Assembly: GCA_002840305.1 (NCBI GenBank)
Contig: PHAI01000003.1
Location: 6,908-70,907 of the forward strand
Reading direction: 5' to 3'
Source: Candidatus Falkowbacteria bacterium HGW-Falkowbacteria-1
GTDB lineage: Bacteria; Patescibacteriota; Patescibacteriia; Patescibacteriales; UBA12465
DNA length: 64,000 bases
Each line of letters starts with the position of its first letter. The stretch's first letter is position 1. Of this stretch, positions 26,225 through 33,812 are shown in pieces. The translations under genes and the position numbers were made by a program. The notes beneath the pieces were generated by a model. The model was not told the origin of the DNA. It saw nothing but the letters and a program-made list of their open reading frames with translations, and made no database searches.

Positions 26225-27493
26225 ATGAAAAGGAATAAACTTTCTTTCGCGGCCAATATCATATTGGCAATTGTATTATCGATTTCCTTCTTTGGATGTG
26301 AAAAAGATTATGACATGTTTGAACCCGAACAAGGAGTTCAGCCACCCTTAGGCACTATTAGTTTACACTACTCAGTATCAACACCAACCACAAAAAGCAC
26401 AACTAGCACTAAAAACAGTGGCGGTTCATTAACGTCTGGACAAACCATTTCTGGAGACAGCGCATATTACTTTTCCTTTTGGCTGGAACCAGCTGAAGGC
26501 GATAACATTGCCGATGGTATTTATCGAATAACAGATAACACCAACGGAGCAATAGTTTATGGCCCATCGGCTCAAGCTGAAAATGGAATTGATTTTCTTT
26601 TTCCACACAGCAGAAATTACACTTTGCGGGTTCAAGGAAATTATAACGGCACAGCCTTTGATTATGATAACATAACAGTTACTGTAACTGGAAGCGGAGG
26701 AGATGGTGATGACGACACAATACCCCCTACTTCACCGGTTAGACTTTATAATTTCAATATCAGTGGAAACAATGCTTCTGTGCAAGTTGCAATAAGCAAA
26801 AATGAGTATGCTGCACAAACAAGTTCAAATTGGTTCCATATTTATAGAGCCAACGGAACTGGTTTTGTAACAAATCAAACAGTTACTAGCGAAACTGACA
26901 GTGTTAGATTTACGCTGAATTTTTCAGCAACTACTAACACTTATGTAGAATTCAACGCCGCCTATCATGACGGCACAGCTGGAGGCATGTGGCTAACACC
27001 ATCGGCCGGAGAAAACCCAAGTATTTTATACTCGGGGAGTCAGGATATTCCATATAACAATTCTGGTTCATTTTTTGGCTTTAGATTGCACATAATATCT
27101 ACAAGTCAGGCAGAACTAAGAACTTATAGTGGAGTAACTGTCGCCACTCTCGGAACAACAACTAACGTTGATATCCCGGGAGAAAACGGAGATGGACCAG
27201 CCAATGGTTATACGGTAAGGTGGAGTGGTTACAAGCACTTCATTAAAACTGCTATAACCAGCCCAACTTTTCGATACAAAATCGGAACTAACGGTACTTG
27301 GACTTTCCTGTCCCTGACGCAAAATGTTAACCCTGAATATAGGGAATTAACTTTTCCAAACGGAACAACAGGAGAACTTCAATTCCAATGGGGTACTGGC
27401 AACACCAATACAACATTTGTTCCAGCAACAACAGAAATGTCTACCAGTATGTACTGGTCAACAACTCTGATGACCTTGGTTAAAAACATATAA
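26225..27493 (+). CDS. Putative lipoprotein, T/S/N/G-rich, function unknown
   Basis: The signal peptide ends in the lipobox-like ISFFGC, followed by the acidic run EKDYD. The gene is visibly more G+C-rich than its neighbours and has its own consensus promoter and strong terminator. Confidence 0.7.
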   Translation: MKRNKLSFAANIILAIVLSISFFGCEKDYDMFEPEQGVQPPLGTISLHYSVSTPTTKSTTSTKNSGGSLTSGQTISGDSAYYFSFWLEPAEGDNIADGIYRITDNTNGAIVYGPSAQAENGIDFLFPHSRNYTLRVQGNYNGTAFDYDNITVTVTGSGGDGDDDTIPPTSPVRLYNFNISGNNASVQVAISKNEYAAQTSSNWFHIYRANGTGFVTNQTVTSETDSVRFTLNFSATTNTYVEFNAAYHDGTAGGMWLTPSAGENPSILYSGSQDIPYNNSGSFFGFRLHIISTSQAELRTYSGVTVATLGTTTNVDIPGENGDGPANGYTVRWSGYKHFIKTAITSPTFRYKIGTNGTWTFLSLTQNVNPEYRELTFPNGTTGELQFQWGTGNTNTTFVPATTEMSTSMYWSTTLMTLVKNI

Positions 27494-27536
27494 GTTTAAC
27501 CCAAGCAAATACAAAGAAGACTGGCTCTTTCTAAAA

Positions 27537-27571
27537 AGCCCTTTGATTAATTTCAAAGGGCTCTTTTTTTA
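27537..27571 (+). terminator. Rho-independent terminator after the lipoprotein gene
   Basis: The 10-bp stem agccctttga / tcaaagggct has a 6-nt loop and is followed by a ctttttttt run. Confidence 0.85.
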
Positions 27572-27580
27572 TCCAATCCT

Positions 27581-27638
27581 CTTTGTCATCTCGACTGAGA
27601 AAGCTGTGAAGCAGCTTACGAATGGAGAGATCTATTTT
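27581..27638 (+). repeat. Half-element of the TTTGTCAT-head repeat family
   Basis: ctttgtcatctcgactgagaaagctgtgaagcagcttacgaatggagagatctatttt abuts the stop codon of the DHH phosphoesterase gene. Confidence 0.85.
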
Positions 27639-28689
27639 ACTGAATTTTAAATCTATTGTTCTCTTTTACAATTTTACCCTCAACCATAAACCCGGCCGCC
27701 TTTTTATGCCCTCCTCCGCCAAAATAAGAGGCTAAACAAGCAACATCTATGTCCTTGTCGCTAGATCCAACCCTTAAGCTTCCCTTTATTTTGCCGGGCT
27801 CTTCTTCTCTTAACAAAAGAACAACATTTGCCTCTGACAAACTGCTCATAAAAGCTACTATGTCCCCAAAAATATCAGAACTCAGATCTTGAGAAATGTT
27901 TCTGAATAAATTCAAGTCTTCATAGCTTAAAACCGAAAAAGCTATATTATATTTTTTATTTATCTTTAAATTATTAAGAGCTGTTCCCCAAATTTTCATT
28001 TCTAAAAAATTTTTATTTCTCCAGGTACTATTTAATAATTTCGGAAATTGCGCACCCAGGCTCATCATCTCAGAAGATATCTCCAAGGTTTTTTCATTCA
28101 CCGAAGAATATAAAAAATTACCAGTATCGGTTAATATTCCGGCCAAAATACAATTGGCCATATTACGATTTATTTCTAATTTGTTTTCTTTCAAAAAATA
28201 ATACAACAATTCAGTGGCAGAAGAAAGTTGAGTTTTTATTTCTATATTAGCATAAGTTTTAACTGGCAAATGATGATCTATTTCAACAATAAAAGTTTCC
28301 AGCATCAAATTTGCAGCAATGTGAATATTTTCGCTTATAAAAGTTCTCTCTATTGATCCACAATCAACTATAATAACTAAATCAAAATATTTTAAAAAAT
28401 CTTCTTTCGCTTTTATTCCTCCATTAAATTCATCCCCAACTCTTCCCAGTAGTTCGTCTTTGTCCGAAATTACATCCTCAAAATTAGGTAAATAATGATA
28501 ATCGTCGCCTTTCTTTTCAGCAAAGGCTATATATTTTTTATTATAAGTTTTTAAAACCTCTATCAAAACGCCCAAAGAGGAGATGGCGTCAACGTCAGGA
28601 TTGATATGTGATACTAAAAGAATTCTATCTGATGATAAAATTCTTTGCCAAACTTTATTAAATTTTTTTTTATCTAAATTTGAAATCAT
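27637..28689 (-). CDS. DHH/DHHA1 family phosphoesterase (NrnA-like oligoribonuclease/pAp phosphatase)
   Basis: LLVSHINPDVDAISSLG, VDCGS, IDHH and the C-terminal GGGGHKKAAGF are present. Confidence 0.85.
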   Translation of the reverse strand: MISNLDKKKFNKVWQRILSSDRILLVSHINPDVDAISSLGVLIEVLKTYNKKYIAFAEKKGDDYHYLPNFEDVISDKDELLGRVGDEFNGGIKAKEDFLKYFDLVIIVDCGSIERTFISENIHIAANLMLETFIVEIDHHLPVKTYANIEIKTQLSSATELLYYFLKENKLEINRNMANCILAGILTDTGNFLYSSVNEKTLEISSEMMSLGAQFPKLLNSTWRNKNFLEMKIWGTALNNLKINKKYNIAFSVLSYEDLNLFRNISQDLSSDIFGDIVAFMSSLSEANVVLLLREEEPGKIKGSLRVGSSDKDIDVACLASYFGGGGHKKAAGFMVEGKIVKENNRFKIQ

Positions 28690-29024
28690 ACATCCTCCTT
28701 CTCTATTTCTTCAAAAATATCGCCTATCTTCTTAACAGCTTTAAAGCTAGCATCTATCGCCCAAAAAAGTTTAGGAACCCTAACCAACCTAGCCTTGGTT
28801 TTTAAAATTTTTGACAAATGGCCAGATTTGGATCTAAGTCTTTTCAAAGCTGTGCCAGAAAAATTCTCAGGCAAAATAGAAACAAACACTTTAGCCGTAG
28901 ACAAATCGGACGAACAATGAACCTCGGAAATTGTAATTAAAAAATTTGGCGATTCTATTTCGCTAGTAATAATTTCCCCCAAATAGGATTTTATTATTTC
29001 ATTTAACTGATCAGCTTTGGCCAT
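28686..29024 (-). CDS. rbfA: Ribosome-binding factor A
   Basis: The sequence contains LNEIIKSYLGEII...ITISEVHCSSDLSTAKVFVSI. The ~112-aa size and the position downstream of infB fit rbfA. Confidence 0.8.
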   Translation of the reverse strand: MAKADQLNEIIKSYLGEIITSEIESPNFLITISEVHCSSDLSTAKVFVSILPENFSGTALKRLRSKSGHLSKILKTKARLVRVPKLFWAIDASFKAVKKIGDIFEEIEKEDV

Positions 29025-29124
29025 ATAATAATTTTAGATAAATTTATTAACTACAAAATTTTACAACGATTTGTTCAACAGACAAAGATACTGGAAAAGC
29101 TCTCCTAAAAATATAAACAAAAGA

Positions 29125-30471
29125 TTAACGAGAAATATAAATATATCCCCCAGACTGAACTATGAAAATTTTATTGTTACTTATAAAGCTAGCATTCCAA
29201 TAGGCCAAACCTAGATCCGTCTGTTCCTCCCAATTATTGCCATAATCACTAGAAAAATAAAAATACGCCCCTACCCCCGTGCCAAAAGTATCTCTGATGG
29301 CTAATATCTTTTTTCCGTCCGGAGACATTGCGACCCCCCTCCAACTATAAGCATTGTTCAAAGAAACAACATTACTCCAAGTTAACCCAGAGTCAGTGGA
29401 CAATAAAACATATGGACCATTTGATTGAGTGACAATAATTCTTGTCCCATCAAGCGAACAAGCCATATTCCGTCCATTCAAAAGACCGGTCTTAATCGCT
29501 GTCCAGGTTTCACCAAAATCATAAGAAGCGTAAATCGTAGAACCATTAGAGGCAAAAAGTTTTGATCCATCAAAAGAAGAGCATATTGATTGCCAGTTTC
29601 TTAATCCAGATGAAATTCTTTCTATCCATGTCACACCATAATCATTAGAAGTATAAATATAACTACCATTGGTTCCCGCAGCTACTAATTTTGAACCATC
29701 AGATGAAGACGCCAAAGCAGTCCACCATCTCAACCCGGCAGAAGTTTGTTCTGTCCACGTCGCACCAGAGTCAGGCGACGTATAAATATATCCGCTAATA
29801 CCAACTATGGCCGCTAATTTGGTGCCATCAGAAGAAGAGGCGACTCTCGTCCAATTTTTTGAACCAACCGAAGTTTGCGCCGTCCATGTCACTCCAGAAT
29901 CAGAAGAGGTATAAATATAACCAGTTGTAACGGAGGCCAATATTTTTGTACCATCAGCTGAAGAGGCTATTGAATTCCAATTTCTTGTAGTATCATTAAA
30001 CACTTCGTCCCACGATATTTTCCCGCAATCAATAGGTGATATTCCTCCAGGAGTAAGACATTTATCACCACTGCTCAAATCAGCCACCTGCTTACCTAAA
30101 CAAAATTTAATATTATAACTCGTATTATCATCAGTGGGAATATAAACATAATCGGCACCGCTAGAACAATCTCCGTCAGTTATATTTGGCGCAGAAGGAA
30201 TCTCATACATAAATACTACTCCGGTAGTGGAAGAGCCTATTATATTTTCATTCCACTCGTCAGTCGTGGGGTATCTGCTATTTTCATTAAAAAACAACTC
30301 TAAAGCTGTATGTATTTGCTTCATATCGGCTACTCTCTTGCTGTCTCTGGCCCGAGATCTGGCTTGTTGTAAAGCCACTACGGCAAGTGTTGCCAATATT
30401 CCAATAATAGCTATCACTACTAGAAGTTCTATGAGAGTAAAGGCTTTACGGGTTGTTATCTTTTTAAACAT
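29125..30471 (-). CDS. Type IV pilin-like protein fused to a 6-7-bladed BNR/Asp-box propeller (paralog of 4451..6745)
   Basis: The N-terminus ...[39 protein letters not shown] is nearly identical to that of the 764-aa paralog. Six SxDxGxTW-type repeats follow. Confidence 0.8.
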   Translation of the reverse strand: MFKKITTRKAFTLIELLVVIAIIGILATLAVVALQQARSRARDSKRVADMKQIHTALELFFNENSRYPTTDEWNENIIGSSTTGVVFMYEIPSAPNITDGDCSSGADYVYIPTDDNTSYNIKFCLGKQVADLSSGDKCLTPGGISPIDCGKISWDEVFNDTTRNWNSIASSADGTKILASVTTGYIYTSSDSGVTWTAQTSVGSKNWTRVASSSDGTKLAAIVGISGYIYTSPDSGATWTEQTSAGLRWWTALASSSDGSKLVAAGTNGSYIYTSNDYGVTWIERISSGLRNWQSICSSFDGSKLFASNGSTIYASYDFGETWTAIKTGLLNGRNMACSLDGTRIIVTQSNGPYVLLSTDSGLTWSNVVSLNNAYSWRGVAMSPDGKKILAIRDTFGTGVGAYFYFSSDYGNNWEEQTDLGLAYWNASFISNNKIFIVQSGGYIYISR

Positions 30472-30505
30472 ACAAATATATTTTAATTATATAAATATTT
30501 ATATT

Positions 30506-30656
30506 CCTTTGTCATCTCGGCTGAGCTTCTCCCCTTTGTCATCTCGACCGAGAAAGTTGCAGAGCAACTTGTGAGCAGAGAGACCTATTTCTCAATGTTT
30601 TAGACCTCTCCGCTCACTTGTCGCCTTGCTCCTTATTCGGTCGAGGTGACACAAAG
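30506..30656. mobile_element. MITE-like ~123-bp element (30534-30656) plus an adjacent solo head (30506-30532) of the TTTGTCAT-head family
   Basis: The terminal inverted repeats are ctttgtcatctcgaccga ... tcggtcgaggtgacacaaag. The body is ~90 percent identical to the reverse complement of 25029-25148. It has no coding capacity and sits between the infB stop and the pilin start. Confidence 0.75.
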
Positions 30657-30668
30657 AGCTAACAAAAA

Positions 30669-32654
30669 TTAAGCAGAAATGTCATCTATTTCTTCCTCCT
30701 CCTCTTTATAAAAATGTAATATATCGTCAACTTGAACAAGCGGCTTACCTTCATATTTCAATCCACATTCTTGACCTTTCTCCACTTGATTAACATCTTG
30801 CTTACCGGCTTGAACTTTCTCTACCTTTCCCTTGTCAATAAATTCTTCACCCCTCCAGATTTCCACCAAAGAATTTGACTCTATCACTCCTTCTACAACC
30901 TTCCCCCCTACTATTTGTAGAGAATTTTCTGTTCTAAAAATAGCCAAAACCTTAACTCGACCCAAGTCTTTTCTTATCACCTGAGGTTTATAAATATTTT
31001 TCATCTCTAATTTTACATATTTAATCAAATCATAAATAATGCTAAAAACATTTACTTTAACATTTTTTTCCCTTATCAGATTTTCAGTTTGAGGCTGAAT
31101 CTTAACGTTAAAACCAATAATTTGAGCATTGGAATCCTCCGCCCTTTTAACATCACCCTCATTAACATTCCCTAACCCCTTATGCAAAATTTTAACTTTA
31201 ATTTTTTTAGTATTAATTTTCATTAACGATTCTTCGATAGCTTCAGCCGAGCCCAAAAAATCAGATTTAATTATTAGATTTAATTTACTTGAGTCGTCCT
31301 CGATTTCTATGTTTGATATTGTTTGATTTTCTGATTTATTTTTGGCAGTAATTTTTTTAACTCTAAGTTTTTCTCCCTCACCAACCTCCAAAACATCTCC
31401 AACTTCTGGCAACATTTTTAAACCTAAAACTCTAGCCGGAGTCGAAGGATCAGCCTCTTCGATTTCTTCTCCTCTATAATTTTTTAAAGATTTAACCTTT
31501 CCATAAATTACACCATTATAACAAAGTTGATCTCCAACTCTAAGTGTTCCATTTTGAACTAAAACTGTCGCCACTGGCCCAGCTCCTTTATCTATATTAG
31601 ATTCAACTACCGTTCCAACAGCCTTAGAGTCTGGATTAGCTTTTAAATTTGAAGCTTCCATTTCAGCACTTAAAAGCACCATATCTAAAATATCATCTAT
31701 TCCGGTCTTCTCCAAGGCTGAAACTGGAACGCAAACCGTCTTCCCTCCCCAGTCTTCTGGTATGATATTTAATTTGCTTGATAAATCTTGTTTAGTTTTA
31801 TTAATATCAGCATCTGGTTTATCTATTTTGTTTATAGCCACTATAAAAGGAATTTTAGAGGCCTCAATTATACGAAAAGCCTCAATAGTTTGAGGTTTAA
31901 CTCCATCGTCAGCCGCTACTACCAAAATAGCAATATCAGCCACCTTCGCTCCACGACTACGCATGGCAGTGAAAGCTTCATGACCCGGAGTATCTATAAA
32001 AGTTATTTTTTGATCCTTTCTGACAACCTGATAAGCGCCAATATGTTGCGTAATGCCACCCGACTCTCCTGCAACCACGTCAGTTGATCTAATAGCGTCA
32101 AGTAATTTAGTTTTACCATGGTCAACGTGCCCCATAACAACAATTATAGGAGGTCTATTTATAAGTTCTTCGTCTTTTTCTTTAGAAATAAGACCAGCCA
32201 ACTTTTCTTTTCCTCCACCCGATTTCATTTCTTCTTTACCCTCTTTTAATAAAACTTCTAGCCCCAAGCTGGAGCCGATAATAGAGGCTGTATCAAAATC
32301 TATCCTTTCATTCATGGAAACAAAAACACCATTTTTCATCAACTCCTTCAAAACTGTATTCACTGGCAAATCAGCTAGAACCGCTAATTCTTTGACGGTT
32401 ACAAATTTGTTTATTTCAATTTTTTTTATTTCTTTTTCAACTGCATCTTCCTGCTCACGCTTTAAAGCTTCTTCCGCAATTCTTTTTTTCTCAATCTGAG
32501 CAACAAAAATAGGCCAATTTTTAATAATTTTTTTAGCTATCATTTTGTCTACCTTGATAGCCTTTTGACCAATATTAAAACCCATTTGTGGCAATAAATG
32601 ACGCAATTCATAAGGAGAAACCTTCAATGCTCTGGCTAATTCAGTTAAATTCAT
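30669..32654 (-). CDS. infB: Translation initiation factor IF-2
   Basis: The G domain has GHVDHGKTKLLD, DTPGHEAF and NKID. The C-terminal IF-2 domains are present. Confidence 0.97.
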   Translation of the reverse strand: MNLTELARALKVSPYELRHLLPQMGFNIGQKAIKVDKMIAKKIIKNWPIFVAQIEKKRIAEEALKREQEDAVEKEIKKIEINKFVTVKELAVLADLPVNTVLKELMKNGVFVSMNERIDFDTASIIGSSLGLEVLLKEGKEEMKSGGGKEKLAGLISKEKDEELINRPPIIVVMGHVDHGKTKLLDAIRSTDVVAGESGGITQHIGAYQVVRKDQKITFIDTPGHEAFTAMRSRGAKVADIAILVVAADDGVKPQTIEAFRIIEASKIPFIVAINKIDKPDADINKTKQDLSSKLNIIPEDWGGKTVCVPVSALEKTGIDDILDMVLLSAEMEASNLKANPDSKAVGTVVESNIDKGAGPVATVLVQNGTLRVGDQLCYNGVIYGKVKSLKNYRGEEIEEADPSTPARVLGLKMLPEVGDVLEVGEGEKLRVKKITAKNKSENQTISNIEIEDDSSKLNLIIKSDFLGSAEAIEESLMKINTKKIKVKILHKGLGNVNEGDVKRAEDSNAQIIGFNVKIQPQTENLIREKNVKVNVFSIIYDLIKYVKLEMKNIYKPQVIRKDLGRVKVLAIFRTENSLQIVGGKVVEGVIESNSLVEIWRGEEFIDKGKVEKVQAGKQDVNQVEKGQECGLKYEGKPLVQVDDILHFYKEEEEEIDDISA

Positions 32655-32760
32655 GATTTTATTTATAAATTATAACAAAAACCGACTAATTTACTTTTAA
32701 TCTATATTTATATTATCTCATTTTCAGGCTTTAGTCAAACAATACTTTAAAAAATTGTAA

Positions 32761-32792
32761 CAAAAAAAGCCATATTTTAAAACATGGCTTTG
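32761..32792 (-). terminator. Rho-independent terminator after the 32816..33670 gene
   Basis: The stem aaagccat / atggcttt has a 10-nt loop and is followed on the minus strand by T7. Confidence 0.55.
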
Positions 32793-32815
32793 ACTTCATT
32801 TTTAATCTTATTTTC

Positions 32816-33670
32816 CTAAAAATCATAAAAAAACTTAGGAAAAAAGATATAAGGATCAATGTTAAATTCTACAAAAACGCCGCTTGTCATTTCGCCGTTA
32901 TCACCAAATCTTTTCTGATAACAAATCTTCAATAAATCAAATTTAGCTTTCTCAAACGAAATAGCCAAGCCAATAGAAGCTAATGGGTATTTGTTTATAG
33001 AAATTCCATTGTCTTTAATTCCAAGCCCTAAAGTAGGCGAAAAAGAAAAATTTTTAATTTTAGCCATCTGAAAAACATTAGTATTTAAATCAAGATTAAC
33101 ACTAAATTCAGAGGCATAAGGATTTTTATCTTTGAAATAAAAACCAGAAACAAAAAATTCGGTTTTTTTAAAAAAACGAGCATTGCGCCGATAAAACAAG
33201 TCAGCACTTAAAGAAAGACCGTATCTATCGATCCTCTTTGACGCCGGAATTCCAATTTCATCAATTTCAAAAAAAGTATGTTCATTAATAAAGGCAAAAG
33301 AAATTGTTCCTATTGGAATTTTAGCGGCCACTCCAATAATCATTTTATTCAAAATTCCCGACCGATAATAAAGCACACTATCAAGAGTTTCGAAGTAACC
33401 AATTTCACCCTTTAAGTTAGTAACAGTAGGCCCGAGGGGTAAGCCGCCAAAAAAAACTACAAAACCCCAAGAATTAAAATTACCAACGTTACTCCTAAGT
33501 AAACTTTGACCAAAATCATTATTATCAAAAACTTCAAACCATTGCATTTTAAAATCAATGCTAGTTTTGAGTTTAGTTGAATCAGAGGACAAGTATCTAT
33601 TACCATAAGTGTATTTGCTAATTGCAAACACATTAAAAATAATCAACAAAAACAAAATTTTTCTTTTCAT
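32816..33670 (-). CDS. Secreted hypothetical protein with beta-barrel (porin-like) sequence character
   Basis: It has an N-terminal signal peptide (MKRKILFLLIIFNVFAIS) and alternating hydrophobic/polar strands throughout. It is rich in aromatic residues and ends in a C-terminal Phe (..FFYDF). Confidence 0.55.
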   Translation of the reverse strand: MKRKILFLLIIFNVFAISKYTYGNRYLSSDSTKLKTSIDFKMQWFEVFDNNDFGQSLLRSNVGNFNSWGFVVFFGGLPLGPTVTNLKGEIGYFETLDSVLYYRSGILNKMIIGVAAKIPIGTISFAFINEHTFFEIDEIGIPASKRIDRYGLSLSADLFYRRNARFFKKTEFFVSGFYFKDKNPYASEFSVNLDLNTNVFQMAKIKNFSFSPTLGLGIKDNGISINKYPLASIGLAISFEKAKFDLLKICYQKRFGDNGEMTSGVFVEFNIDPYIFFPKFFYDF

Positions 33671-33812
33671 TATATTGATATTTTTCGTTAGATGTTAAGG
33701 AACATTACTAAATCGTGAAATTGTATCATATTTTTTAAAAAAAATCAACAAAAAAACACCAAACTTAAGAAGGTGTAATAATTAACGCGCGCGACTAACA
33801 AAACATACAAAA

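Noticed and set aside
26225-27493. Treating the higher G+C of the lipoprotein, pilin, T9SS-CTD and giant-protein genes as proof of foreign origin or contamination.
   Set aside because: These proteins are G/S/T/A/W-rich and Lys-poor, which by itself raises G+C relative to K/E/I/N-rich housekeeping genes. Composition alone is not decisive without codon-level statistics and homolog taxonomy.
25029-30656. An invertible 5.4-kb segment bounded by the inverted MITE-like copies, already flipped in this assembly.
   Set aside because: The present orientation preserves both ancestral linkages (rpsP-KH-trmD and infB-rbfA), whereas inversion would break both. There is no evidence of inversion in the sequence itself, so it is kept only as something to check in reads.
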